Positions 37,074-46,758 of a stretch of 64,000 nucleotides of DNA are shown here, piece by piece. The notes beneath the pieces are model-generated. The model was not told the origin of the DNA. It saw only the letters and a program-made list of their open reading frames with translations, and ran no database searches. Source of the DNA: an uncultured Clostridia bacterium. GTDB lineage: Bacteria; Bacillota; Clostridia; TANB77; CAG-508. Each line of letters starts with the position of its first letter. Within the stretch, counting starts at the first letter, position 1. Position numbers and translations under genes: made by a program. Where the stretch lies: the NCBI GenBank assembly GCA_947624195.1, contig CANQJH010000002.1, positions 20,918 to 84,917 of the forward strand, in the 5' to 3' direction.

Positions 37074-37769
37074 TTACTTGTTAGCAATTCTTAAACCAAA
37101 ATTTTTAAATAATTCCACAATTTTAAATTTAAACTTTGTAATTCCATTATCATCTGATATCACGGAATAATCTTCATCAGATAAATTTTCTTGTAAATTC
37201 TCCTTGGACTCATCAGGAACAACTCCGGAAGACACGTCAACGAAACATAGAGGAGGGAACATTACGCACCACCAATTTTGCCCTTCACTACTTCCAATCT
37301 TAACTCTTAAAGCATCATAATATCCACTAGGTAAGCTAATGTCGCCATATGTTTTAGTAGGAAATTCAAAATTACCAATTTCAACACTGACATCATAGTC
37401 AAAACCATTTTCAGTAATTACGTCTTTTGCAATATTTTTAAATTCTACTAGATTTTCTTGCGCAGTTTTGATAACTTCTTCCTTGTTAGATAAATCCATA
37501 CTCAATGTATTCATATAAGAAAGCAAAGCATCTCTAACCTTGTATTTAAGACTCTGGTCTTGAGCAGAATTACTATTAGCAATTACATGTAATCTAAAAA
37601 CGCTTGAACTTAGGTCAGTAGACACTGATCTAGCATAAGAACCAGCAGAAAATATTATAAATGCAGCAAAAAGTATTACTAAAATTAACGTATGTTTTGC
37701 AAATTTAAAACTCATTTTTCCAATTTTCAAATTAACAAAATTATTGTTTTGATTATTATTATTGTCCAT
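37074..37769 (-). CDS. spoIIR: stage II sporulation protein R
   Basis: 231 aa. TM anchor, FRLHVIANSNSAQDQSLKYKVRDALL, FPTKTYGDISLPSGYYDALRVKIG, GQNWWCVMFPPLCF. Confidence 0.9.
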   Translation of the reverse strand: MDNNNNQNNNFVNLKIGKMSFKFAKHTLILVILFAAFIIFSAGSYARSVSTDLSSSVFRLHVIANSNSAQDQSLKYKVRDALLSYMNTLSMDLSNKEEVIKTAQENLVEFKNIAKDVITENGFDYDVSVEIGNFEFPTKTYGDISLPSGYYDALRVKIGSSEGQNWWCVMFPPLCFVDVSSGVVPDESKENLQENLSDEDYSVISDDNGITKFKFKIVELFKNFGLRIANK

Positions 37770-37830
37770 TATACCATCCTTCCTTAAAAAAATTAATTTT
37801 CATTTTTAGATTAAATTTCTATTTATTAAA

Positions 37831-37858
37831 ATTATTACCTTAAAAAAAATTTTTATAC
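37831..37858 (-). promoter_or_regulatory. possible sigma-F type promoter of spoIIR
   Basis: Minus strand: GTATA (37854-37858), 14 nt, GGTAATAAT (37831-37839). Resembles the forespore sigma-F consensus as recalled. Spacing is one nt shorter than typical. Confidence 0.3.
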
Positions 37859-37885
37859 TATTTTGGAAAAAATTAAATATAAAAA

Positions 37886-37929
37886 TTCGACATAAAAAAA
37901 GATTTTTTTCATAAACTTATTTTGTCGAA
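37886..37929. promoter_or_regulatory. two Spo0A-box matches in the spoIIR / 38009 divergent region
   Basis: TTCGACA (37886-37892, box on the minus strand) and TTTGTCGAAT (TGTCGAA 37923-37929), 30 nt upstream of the -35 at 37959. Confidence 0.4.
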
Positions 37930-37958
37930 TTATTGTACACGATTTTTCTGTAATAATA

Positions 37959-37987
37959 TTGACATCTTTGTAACATAGTGGTAATAT
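37959..37987 (+). promoter_or_regulatory. sigma-A type promoter of the 145-aa gene
   Basis: TTGACA (37959-37964), 17 nt, TAATAT (37982-37987). Confidence 0.45.
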
Positions 37988-38008
37988 TTACCATGAAAGG
38001 AGTTAGAA

Positions 38009-38446
38009 ATGAAAGTAGAAAGATTGTGTAACTTTTATGCTTGCAAATATCATTTAAGCATTATTTTACTAGAATATTTTAAATGGAAGAATTCCAAAAA
38101 ATATAAGGTAATAACTTTTTTACAAGATGAATTAGAAGATGAAATAAATGTTTTAATAGAAAAATATAGATATAATATAGAAGAAACAAAAGATATAAAT
38201 TTTAAAAAAACAAAAGACATATATGATAATGAATTTGAAAAGTCAAAAAACATGATATTTATAGTAGAAGGAACTATGGATTATATTTCAAATGCCAATG
38301 AATTTATATTGGATATGCTAGAAAAAAATTCAAATGTAAAAATAATTAATTGTTATAATTTTGCTAAACAAAAAAAGTTTATGCCTGACATAATAAAGGA
38401 GAGTGACAAAATTTTATACACAACAGGAGAAAAAATAATTGACTAA
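38009..38446 (+). CDS. hypothetical protein
   Basis: 145-aa ORF, RBS AAAGGAG, no family recognised. Promoter carries 0A-box-like motifs. Confidence 0.5.
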   Translation: MKVERLCNFYACKYHLSIILLEYFKWKNSKKYKVITFLQDELEDEINVLIEKYRYNIEETKDINFKKTKDIYDNEFEKSKNMIFIVEGTMDYISNANEFILDMLEKNSNVKIINCYNFAKQKKFMPDIIKESDKILYTTGEKIID

Positions 38447-38570
38447 TTTATGATAATGTTATAATATATATGGTATCTAAAAAAATAGTGTATCATTTTT
38501 TAGATGTAAATGGCATGAAGAGTCTACCGTGGCCGAAGCCATACAAAAATAGTTGCAAAGGAGAGAAAAA

Positions 38571-39818
38571 ATGGACGAAAAATTAAAACAAATTGAGCAG
38601 ACTTTAGAGAAGTATGGCCAGGAACAACTATTAGATGAGTATAATAGGCTAACTGACGAAAAGCAAAAACAAGATTTTTTAGATAGCATACTTACAATTG
38701 ATTTTAATCAAGTAAAAACATTATATGAAAAAAGTAAAGAAGAACCAGCTTTTGCAAATTCAAAAATTGAACCTATTGACTATGTTGACAAATCAAAGTT
38801 ATCTAATGAGGAATACGAAGAACTAAAGGAAATTGGAACAAAAGAAATCAAAGAAGGGAAATTAGCAGTAGTAACAATGGCAGGAGGACAAGGAACAAGA
38901 TTAGGACACTCAGGTCCAAAAGGAACATTTGATTTAGGATTAGATACACACAAATCAATATTTGAAATCCTTACGGACATCTTAATTAAAGCCAGAGAAG
39001 ACTATGGAGTCGACATCCCTTGGTACATAATGACTAGTGAAGAAAACAATCAACAAACAGAACAATTCTTCAAAAAACATAATTATTTTGGGTATCCAAA
39101 AGGATGTATAACATTTTTCAAACAAGGAAAGCTTCCTATGATATCAACAGACGGAAAAGTTTTGGTTGATGAAAATCACAAAATCAAAGAAGCTGCTGAT
39201 GGACACGGAGGTATATTCCACTCTATGTTAAAAGATGGAGTCGTATACGATATGAAAGCAAGAGGAATAGAGTGGGTATTTATTGGTGGAGTTGATAATG
39301 TATTAGTAAAACCTGTTGATCCAATTCTATTAGGCATGGCAGTAAAAAAGCAAGTTGTTGCAGCAGGTAAAAGTATAGTAAAAGCAAATCCACAAGAAAG
39401 AGTTGGAGTTTTCTGCAAAAGAAATGGCAGACCTAGTGTTATTGAATACACAGAAATCACTCCAGAGATGGCAGAAGAAACTGATGAAAATGGCGAACTA
39501 AAATACGGAGAATCACACATACTTTGTAATTTATTCAGTTTAAAAGCTATTGAAAAAGTTAGTCAAATGGAACTACCATATCATATAGCATTTAAAAAAG
39601 CAAAATACATAGACCAAGATGGAAATTTAGTTGTTCCTGAAAAACCAAATGCTTATAAATTCGAAGCATTTCTATTTGATGCGTTTGAAAGTCTAGAAAA
39701 TTTTGCTGTACTTAGAGTAAAGAGAGAAGAAGAATTTGCTCCAGTTAAAAATGCAGAAGGTGTAGATAGCCCAGAAACAGCAAGAAAATTGTATCAAGAT
39801 TTTCATAAGCAAAAATAA
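38571..39818 (+). CDS. UDP-sugar pyrophosphorylase (UDPGP family, UDP-N-acetylhexosamine pyrophosphorylase-like)
   Basis: Start moved to the ATG at 38571 after AAGGAGAG. VVTMAGGQGTRLGHSGPKGTF nucleotide-binding loop, GGVDNVL. Confidence 0.8.
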   Translation: MDEKLKQIEQTLEKYGQEQLLDEYNRLTDEKQKQDFLDSILTIDFNQVKTLYEKSKEEPAFANSKIEPIDYVDKSKLSNEEYEELKEIGTKEIKEGKLAVVTMAGGQGTRLGHSGPKGTFDLGLDTHKSIFEILTDILIKAREDYGVDIPWYIMTSEENNQQTEQFFKKHNYFGYPKGCITFFKQGKLPMISTDGKVLVDENHKIKEAADGHGGIFHSMLKDGVVYDMKARGIEWVFIGGVDNVLVKPVDPILLGMAVKKQVVAAGKSIVKANPQERVGVFCKRNGRPSVIEYTEITPEMAEETDENGELKYGESHILCNLFSLKAIEKVSQMELPYHIAFKKAKYIDQDGNLVVPEKPNAYKFEAFLFDAFESLENFAVLRVKREEEFAPVKNAEGVDSPETARKLYQDFHKQK

Positions 39819-39882
39819 TTTTATAAAAGAAAATAAGCGCTTATTTGGCTTGTTTTCTTTATTATTTTTAAGGAGGAAACTA

Positions 39883-41601
39883 ATGGAAGAATATTTAAAA
39901 AAATACGAAGAATGGTTAAACAACCCAGTCTTCGATGAAGATACAAAAAAAGAATTAGAAGCCATAAGAGGAAATGATAAAGAAATCGAAGATAGATTTT
40001 ATCAGGAATTAGAATTTGGTACAGCAGGACTAAGAGGTGTAATTGGAGCTGGTTCTAATAGAATGAATAGATATACAGTAGGAAGAGCAACACAAGGATT
40101 AGCTAACTTTATTTTAAAAGAAGGCACTCAAGAAAAAGGGGTAGCAATAGCTTATGATTCAAGACATATGTCAAAAGAATTTAGTGAGCAAACAGCATTA
40201 ATCTTAAATGCAAATGGAATAAAGACATACAGATTTGAGTCACTAAGACCAGTACCAGAATTATCATTTACTGTACGAGAATTAAAATGCACAGCTGGAA
40301 TTATGATAACAGCAAGTCATAATCCACCAGAATACAACGGTTATAAAGTATACTGGGATGATGGTGCACAAATTATACCACCAAAAGATAAACAAATTAT
40401 AGAAGAAGTAAATAATACAGACTTTTCACAAATAAAAACAATGAGTAAAGAAGAAGCTTTGCAAAAAGGACTTTACGTAGAAATAGGAAAAGAAATAGAT
40501 GATAAATTTGTAGAAACACTAAAATCATTAGTATTAAATCCAGAAGCCATAAAGCAAGCTCAAGAAGATGTAAGAATAGTATATACTCCATTACATGGAG
40601 CAGGAAATGTACCAGTTCAAAGAGTATTAAAAGAATTAGGATTTACACATGTATATGTTGTACCTGAACAGGAAATGCCTGATGGATATTTTCCAACAGT
40701 AAGTTATCCTAACCCAGAAGATAAAAATGCATTTAAACTAGCATTAGAATTAGCAGAAAAAGTTGATGCTGATGTAGTACTTGCAACAGACCCAGACTCT
40801 GATAGACTTGGAGTTTACTCAAAAGATGAAAATGGAGAATACATATCATATACAGGAAACATGTCAGCACTGCTAATAGCAGAATATGAGCTATCTCAAA
40901 AAAGAGAAAAAGGCATATTACCATCAAATGGAGCATTTATTACAACAATCGTATCATCAGATATGGCAAAAGCAATAGCTAAAGAATACGGACTAAAGGT
41001 ATATGAGACTTTAACAGGATTTAAGTGGATAGGAGAAAAGATAAGACAATTTGAAGAACAGCATACATACAGTTATCAATTTGGATTTGAAGAAAGCTAT
41101 GGATGCTTAATTAGTCCTCATGCAAGAGATAAAGATGGTATATCAGCAGTAATGGCTCTATGTGAAGCAACAGCCTATTACAAAACAAAAGGTATGACTT
41201 TATGGGATCAAATGCTAAATATTTATAAAAAGTATGGATTTTATAAAGAAGGTCAAATCTCAATTGTACTAAAAGGAGCAGATGGTGCAGAACTAATAAA
41301 AACTAAGATGGAAACAATAAGAAATAATCCACCTAAAAAGTTAGCAGACTGGGATGTACTAGAAGCAAGAGACTATCAAAAGCACACAATAGTTAAAGCA
41401 AATGGCGAAACATTAGAAACAGATTTACCAACATCAAATGTATTGTATTATGAATTAACAGATAATGCGTGGTGTTGTGTAAGACCATCAGGAACAGAGC
41501 CAAAAATAAAATTCTATATGGGTGTTAGAGGAACAAGCATACAAGATGCAGACGAGAAATTAGCAAAACTAACGGAGGCAATGAAAAAAGTTGTGGAATA
41601 A
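39883..41601 (+). CDS. phosphoglucomutase/phosphomannomutase family protein
   Basis: Start moved to the ATG at 39883 after AAGGAGGA. Active-site TASHNPPEYNGYK, metal loop ATDPDSDRLG, GEESYG-type FEESYG. Confidence 0.9.
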   Translation: MEEYLKKYEEWLNNPVFDEDTKKELEAIRGNDKEIEDRFYQELEFGTAGLRGVIGAGSNRMNRYTVGRATQGLANFILKEGTQEKGVAIAYDSRHMSKEFSEQTALILNANGIKTYRFESLRPVPELSFTVRELKCTAGIMITASHNPPEYNGYKVYWDDGAQIIPPKDKQIIEEVNNTDFSQIKTMSKEEALQKGLYVEIGKEIDDKFVETLKSLVLNPEAIKQAQEDVRIVYTPLHGAGNVPVQRVLKELGFTHVYVVPEQEMPDGYFPTVSYPNPEDKNAFKLALELAEKVDADVVLATDPDSDRLGVYSKDENGEYISYTGNMSALLIAEYELSQKREKGILPSNGAFITTIVSSDMAKAIAKEYGLKVYETLTGFKWIGEKIRQFEEQHTYSYQFGFEESYGCLISPHARDKDGISAVMALCEATAYYKTKGMTLWDQMLNIYKKYGFYKEGQISIVLKGADGAELIKTKMETIRNNPPKKLADWDVLEARDYQKHTIVKANGETLETDLPTSNVLYYELTDNAWCCVRPSGTEPKIKFYMGVRGTSIQDADEKLAKLTEAMKKVVE

Positions 41602-42319
41602 AGAAATACAAAAAGTATTGGGGAAAATAAGAAAAGCAATTGAAGACTATGACATGATAGAAGAAGGAGATAAAATTGCAGTCGCTCTTTCAGGAGGAAA
41701 AGATTCAGTAACTTTATTATATGCTTTTAAGAATCTGCAAATGTTTTATCCAAAACATTTTGAATTTATGGCAATTACTATAGACCCAGGATTCGAAAAT
41801 TTTGACAAAGAAATTTTAAATAAAATAGCAAGAGAGTTAGACATAGAATTGTTAATATTTCAAGGACACATAAATGAAATTGTTTTTCAAGAAAGAAAAG
41901 AGAAGAATCCATGTTCATTGTGTGCAAACTTAAGAAGAGGGATGTTAAATTCAATTGCAAAAGAAAATGGGTGCAATAAAATTGCTTTAGGACACAATGA
42001 AGATGATGTATTGGAAACATTTTTATTAAATTTAATATATGCAGGAAGCATTAACACATTTGCACCAGTAAGCTACATGGATAAATCAGGAATGACTGCA
42101 ATCAGACCTTTGATTTACGTACCAGAAAAAATGACAAAGGCATTTGTAAAAAATTCTGATATTGAGATAATGCCTAAAGTTTGCCCGATGGATGGAGCAT
42201 CCACAAGAGAATATACACTGAATTTGCTAAAAGAGTTCGAGAAGAAAAACAAAAGTGTAAGGGCAGGTCTAATGGGAGCAATAAAAAGAGCAAAATTAAA
42301 TGGTTGGGAAGAAAAATAA
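41591..42319 (+). CDS. ttcA: PP-loop ATPase, TtcA-like tRNA 2-thiocytidine synthetase
   Basis: 242 aa. PP-loop ALSGGKDS, CSLCANLRRG. The TTG start overlapping the upstream stop is tentative. Confidence 0.75.
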   Translation: MWNKEIQKVLGKIRKAIEDYDMIEEGDKIAVALSGGKDSVTLLYAFKNLQMFYPKHFEFMAITIDPGFENFDKEILNKIARELDIELLIFQGHINEIVFQERKEKNPCSLCANLRRGMLNSIAKENGCNKIALGHNEDDVLETFLLNLIYAGSINTFAPVSYMDKSGMTAIRPLIYVPEKMTKAFVKNSDIEIMPKVCPMDGASTREYTLNLLKEFEKKNKSVRAGLMGAIKRAKLNGWEEK

Positions 42320-42381
42320 CAAAAATAGTAGCTATTATATCAATTAAGTGATATAATAGCTATAGTATTTTATATAAAAAT

Positions 42382-42458
42382 GTTCTTGTAGCTCAGCTGG
42401 ATAGAGCAGCAGTTTCCTAAACTGTGTGTCGGAGGTTCAAGTCCTCTCAAGAACACCA
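42382..42458 (+). tRNA. tRNA-Arg (anticodon CCU)
   Basis: gttcttg acceptor, GCTCAGCTGGATAGAGC D-arm, anticodon loop ttCCTaa, GGTTCAAGTCC T-arm, encoded CCA. Confidence 0.92.
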
Positions 42459-42553
42459 AAAATAAATAATAATAAAAAAGCCTCCTAATTAAAGGTAAAT
42501 CATCTTTTATTAGGGGGTTTTTGTATAATAAATAAAAAACATATACTATTACT

Positions 42554-42590
42554 AAAAAAGAGAAGCACCTAGTAGCCTAAGTGCTTCTCT
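42554..42590 (-). terminator. intrinsic terminator of the 196-aa gene
   Basis: agagaagcac-N11-gtgcttctct, with a T-run on the minus strand (A6 at 42554-42559). Confidence 0.6.
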
Positions 42591-42616
42591 TCAGAGTTAA
42601 GAGCAAAAGTTTACTT

Positions 42617-43207
42617 TCAAATGACTTCTTGTGAAGGATGAAGCTTTTCCCAATAGGAATTGGCAAATTCCTTATACAGCTTTGCATCTGCATCAAAAGC
42701 TCCACTTTTCTTTGACCTTTTGATGGTTTGTTCAAAATCAATAGGCAGTTCTTCTTGCAACTGGAAGAAGTCAATGGTTTCCTTGGAACCATACTCATGG
42801 ATCTTGCCTTTTATCCAAGTCTGACAGACTTTCCAAAAAACAGGTCCTCCATACGGTGAAAACAGATACTTGAGGGGTCTATGTTTAACTACAGAAACAA
42901 TCATTGAAACTACAAAAAGCTTCTTAGTTTTAATGATGTCAACATCAGTTCCCTTTAGGGAATTGAAGCAAGCATAGGCATCGGTCAATTCACCCTTTTT
43001 GGCAGGATGATCCAACATCAATTTGGCATGATGCTCCAAGATTGCAAGCTTAACCTCAGTGGACTGCTTGTTCCAAAAAGCTAACCGTCTAGAGAATGGC
43101 TTTAAACTGTTGAAAAATTCACAAATGTCATTTTTCATTCGACCATACACTTCCGTGAAAGCCACGTGATGTTTTTCTTGCGCAAACTTTCTTTCTTCAA
43201 AACTCAT
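42617..43207 (-). CDS. hypothetical protein (GC-rich islet)
   Basis: 196-aa ORF, RBS AGGAGG 8 nt upstream. Composition is clearly GC-richer than its surroundings. No family recognised. Confidence 0.55.
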   Translation of the reverse strand: MSFEERKFAQEKHHVAFTEVYGRMKNDICEFFNSLKPFSRRLAFWNKQSTEVKLAILEHHAKLMLDHPAKKGELTDAYACFNSLKGTDVDIIKTKKLFVVSMIVSVVKHRPLKYLFSPYGGPVFWKVCQTWIKGKIHEYGSKETIDFFQLQEELPIDFEQTIKRSKKSGAFDADAKLYKEFANSYWEKLHPSQEVI

Positions 43208-43481
43208 TTGTTTGACCTCCTAATTGATGAAAAAAATATTTATGTAAAAACTAAAAGTGAGGCTCCTCCCACTATTAGTGAAAAAGGAAATAAGTGATAT
43301 AATTATCACATTTAATATTATACTTCAAAAACACATTTTTGTCAACGATTTATGTAAATAGAGCATTTGTAAAAAAGTATGTATACATAAAAATTTAACA
43401 AAAGGGTTGAAATAGGCTTGCAAGATGTGTTATAATAATTTTATGGGCTTTTTGTCCAAATAAAAACAAGGAGTGTAAAAT

Positions 43482-44765
43482 ATGACAACACACCGACGAC
43501 AGCACATGACATCACGGAGGAGACATGCTTTAAGTTTTTTACTAATATGTGCATGTGTGGGACTGGCAATTTTTATAAGCATTGCCGTGAGTCATGACCT
43601 ACAGGTACGGAAAGAGGCAGTCACAGAAGCGAAAGCACAAAGTGACATTGCCGAAAGCGCTCTATCGGATGCACAAAATGTTATGCATGATGCATCCAAC
43701 AAGGAATACATGGTATTCTCTAAAACCAAAAGCTCAAGTGACACAGCTAATCAAGCCATAGGTGAAGCAGAAGTAGCTAACTCGATGGCTAGTAAAGCTC
43801 AAGCAAGGGCTGATGAAATTTATGAGAAAGCTATGGAAGTCCAAGCAAAAGCCGAAGCGGCACCTGATTATGAGGGTAAAAACGAGGCTAAAGGATGGGC
43901 GCTAATATCACTTAATGCAGCCAATAGAGCTAGAAACAATGCCAATTTTGCAAACCAATATGCAAACGTGGCAATGTCAAAATCTACGTTGACTGCTGGA
44001 AAGGTACCATTTGTACAAATTGCGTACCAAGAGACCAAAATGCTTTTGAACGATGCAAATGTTGAGCTTAGATCTACTATGGAAGCTCAAAACAGAGCTC
44101 AGAACAAAGCAAATGAAGCCGCAAATGCTTCAGATACGTCTGTAGCTAAGTCTAAGGCGGCAGAAGCGGCTACATACTCAGCTGAAACAAAGGAGCGTGC
44201 TAGTGCTGTAATAGACAAAGCATCAAAAGGACAAGATATCTACGGAGATGTAGTAAAAACATCTGGTAGCATAAATCAATTAGCAAGTGATGTTACGAAC
44301 GCGAAGTATCAAGTTCAACAACATTACAATGAAACATTTGATGCTATTGATGATGCTGAAAGTGCTATACAATCATCTTTAGATGCAATTCAGCAAGCTG
44401 AAGAGCAAGAAGCTGCGGCTATAGAAGCCGAAAAGCAGGCAGAACTAGAGGCTGAGCAGGCAAGAGCGGTGTATGATGTACCCAATTCTGGTGATGTACT
44501 CACTCCATCAGGCGGAGTATGCTACTATAATGGACACAAAGAAACTTATTATTCTGAACGGGTACTCCCAGGAGGAGCTTTGGACATTCCTGGTCGTTAC
44601 ACTGACAGCAACGGATTGGTTCGCGATGCTGACGGGTACATATGTGTGGCAACTGATTGGTCGTACATACCCAAATATAGCATTGTGGAAACATCTCTTG
44701 GGTTGGGTAAAGTTTATGATTCTGGATGTCCATACGGAGTGGTAGACATCTACACAAATTGGTGA
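43482..44765 (+). CDS. membrane-anchored Ala-rich coiled-coil protein with C-terminal 3D (MltA-like) cell-wall-hydrolase domain
   Basis: 427 aa. TM helix LSFLLICACVGLAIFISIAV, then about 280 aa of A/N/Q/K/E-rich helical repeats. C-terminus GYICVATDWSYIPKYSIVETSLGLGKVYDSGCPYGVVDIYTNW fits the 3D domain. Hand count gives 48 percent GC in 43621-43680. Confidence 0.7.
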   Translation: MTTHRRQHMTSRRRHALSFLLICACVGLAIFISIAVSHDLQVRKEAVTEAKAQSDIAESALSDAQNVMHDASNKEYMVFSKTKSSSDTANQAIGEAEVANSMASKAQARADEIYEKAMEVQAKAEAAPDYEGKNEAKGWALISLNAANRARNNANFANQYANVAMSKSTLTAGKVPFVQIAYQETKMLLNDANVELRSTMEAQNRAQNKANEAANASDTSVAKSKAAEAATYSAETKERASAVIDKASKGQDIYGDVVKTSGSINQLASDVTNAKYQVQQHYNETFDAIDDAESAIQSSLDAIQQAEEQEAAAIEAEKQAELEAEQARAVYDVPNSGDVLTPSGGVCYYNGHKETYYSERVLPGGALDIPGRYTDSNGLVRDADGYICVATDWSYIPKYSIVETSLGLGKVYDSGCPYGVVDIYTNW

Positions 44766-44842
44766 GTGCCAAATTTAATCCTTGTGTGATATGGTTTAAT
44801 AACAATCATATTAGGATTAAATGAAGCAAAAGTGTCAAATTA

Positions 44843-44873
44843 AGCAGGGATAAGCATATGCTTTCCCTGCTTT
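44843..44873 (+). terminator. terminator-like hairpin after the 3D-domain gene
   Basis: agcaggga-N13-tccctgct followed by tttct. Confidence 0.45.
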
Positions 44874-44900
44874 CTCCATGTATATAAAAACTATACATAG

Positions 44901-44949
44901 GACTTTGACAAAGTCATAAAGTTTGCAATTTTTATATTGCAAACTTTAT
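44901..44949. promoter_or_regulatory. two adjacent perfect palindromes (candidate operators)
   Basis: gactttg-a-caaagtc (44901-44915) and ataaagtttgcaat-N6-attgcaaactttat (44916-44949). The half-site attgcaaact recurs at 45094-45103. Confidence 0.45.
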
Positions 44950-45193
44950 TTATGTAAAGTAAACTTTGAACAAAAATAACGAAAAAACGACTTTATTTCT
45001 GATAAAATTGTGATATTATATAGGTGGACCTCTTTTATACAAAATTTTACAAAATAGTATAAATTTTCCTAAATGTAAACCGAAAATTGACAAATTGCAA
45101 ACTGTAAGTTGGTAGAAATGATAAAAAATTAATTATATAATTTGACCGTATAGAGATAAAAAAAGGAGGTACTAAAAAACAAGGAGAAAAAAT

Positions 45194-46267
45194 ATGGAAG
45201 AAACAAAAAAATTAGAAAAAGCAGAAAAAAGTAATAGCATCAAAAAAGTGGAAAACACAGAAATGAACGACAATGAGAAAAAAGCAGAAAACACAAAAAT
45301 TGACGACAATGTGAAAAAAACAGAAAAATCCAAAAAGGCTAACAATACTAAACAAGTAGAAGCATTGAAAAATACTTTTGGAGACAAAATAGTACAGGGA
45401 AGAAAGAAAAAAGGCATGTCTCAAGAAGATTTTTCAGACATAATGGGTGTTAGCAGACAAATGGTTTCAAGGTGGGAGCTAAATACAGCTATGCCTAGAA
45501 TGCAAAAGATTAGAAAAATTAGCGAGATCCTCGATATTTCCATTGAAGACTTACTAAGTGGAAATGAAAATAAAAAGTTTAATAGTCCAGTAGCTTTGAA
45601 TACAATTAATCTTAAAACATTACTAAAGGTCATAGCTGTAGTTTTAGCCATTTTATTAATATTATATGTTGTATACTCAACCTATAAAATAGTAGTTCTT
45701 AATACAATTAGTTCTAAATTAGAACAATATAAGAATTTGGACAACTATTATTTTAAATGGGGTTCAATAGTAGACACAGAATTAAAAGAAACAACAGAAG
45801 TATGGTATAAGGACGGAAAATATAAAATTTCCTATACTACGTTAACAAATACTATACCAACAACTTCAATAACATATTTTGATATTAATGAAGGCTATAG
45901 ATATATATTAGATGAAGCAAACAAAACTTATACTCAATTAAATTTAATAGGAGCAGAATCATATGAAAATGGAATTTTTATGTACAGCAAATTTCCATCA
46001 ATTATAAAAGCTGAATCTGCGGATTTTAAAGAGCTTGCTTTAAAATTAAATAAAGTTATTGCATATTATAAAAAAGGTTCGTTATTTGTATACATTAACG
46101 GAGAAACTATAGAATTAAATAAAGACGATTATAGTCCAAAGTCTCAATTAATAAAAATGCAAGAAAATAAAAATTCGCAACAGAATTTATATACGTTTGA
46201 TATAAACTTGAATAATACTAATGATAACGATGTTTCTATACCAGCAAATTACAAAAAGTTAAATTAA
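45194..46267 (+). CDS. membrane-spanning XRE-family HTH protein with Lys-rich repeat N-terminus and extracytoplasmic domain
   Basis: 357 aa. HTH GMSQEDFSDIMGVSRQMVSRWELNTAMP, TM helix LKVIAVVLAILLILYVVY. 36-nt in-frame tandem repeat 45251-45286 / 45287-45322. Confidence 0.7.
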   Translation: MEETKKLEKAEKSNSIKKVENTEMNDNEKKAENTKIDDNVKKTEKSKKANNTKQVEALKNTFGDKIVQGRKKKGMSQEDFSDIMGVSRQMVSRWELNTAMPRMQKIRKISEILDISIEDLLSGNENKKFNSPVALNTINLKTLLKVIAVVLAILLILYVVYSTYKIVVLNTISSKLEQYKNLDNYYFKWGSIVDTELKETTEVWYKDGKYKISYTTLTNTIPTTSITYFDINEGYRYILDEANKTYTQLNLIGAESYENGIFMYSKFPSIIKAESADFKELALKLNKVIAYYKKGSLFVYINGETIELNKDDYSPKSQLIKMQENKNSQQNLYTFDINLNNTNDNDVSIPANYKKLN

Positions 46268-46270
46268 AAA

Positions 46271-46298
46271 AGGCTTATGGGGATTACCCCATAAGCCT
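46271..46298. terminator. 12-bp-stem hairpin between convergent genes
   Basis: aggcttatgggg-atta-ccccataagcct. The T-run is present on the minus strand only. Confidence 0.6.
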
Positions 46299-46302
46299 AA
46301 GG

Positions 46303-46758
46303 TTATGGTTCAGATATGGTAGCAGAAACATAAAGCTGCGCAGTTGTTGTGCACTGGAACATAAATGTGTAATCTCCAGCAGGTAAAGAGTAGATGGGAA
46401 CTTGTGGAGTTGATCCACCAGTAGCAGAAACCGCACCAAGACTTTGAATGGCACCATTAGGTAACTTCACAAAGCAATCAACAATACCACTTGAATTACC
46501 ATAAGATACAGCAGCTTGAACATAACCACCTGAAATACTTCTTCCAAGTGTACATGTAAGCTGTCCATACCCACCAGAGATGTATCCCGCACAACCAGCA
46601 CGAGCCGGACCGACGTTCACAGAGAGAGGATTAACAGCCTGAGCAGTTACTTCCAAATCCGGAACATTCGCTTCTGTCACACTCACCGCAGACGCGGGAA
46701 GCATCAAACAGACGCAGAAGGCGATAGCGAGGACGAGACTAAAAATCCGTTTTTTCAT
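46303..46758 (-). CDS. secreted small Gly/Ser-rich protein, strongly GC-rich gene
   Basis: 151 aa. Signal peptide MKKRIFSLVLAIAFCVCLMLPASA, four Cys in the mature part, LPAGDYTFMF...LYVSA beta-strand pattern. RBS GGAGGT. Hand count gives 60 percent GC in 46561-46620. Confidence 0.65.
   Translation of the reverse strand: MKKRIFSLVLAIAFCVCLMLPASAVSVTEANVPDLEVTAQAVNPLSVNVGPARAGCAGYISGGYGQLTCTLGRSISGGYVQAAVSYGNSSGIVDCFVKLPNGAIQSLGAVSATGGSTPQVPIYSLPAGDYTFMFQCTTTAQLYVSATISEP

Noticed and set aside
38490-38570. Possible riboswitch in the 5' leader of the UDP-sugar pyrophosphorylase gene (small GC-richer helices atggc...gccat and ggc-cgaa-gcc).
   Set aside because: It is too short, I could not match it to any known aptamer (for example glmS), and the helices are weak and ambiguous.
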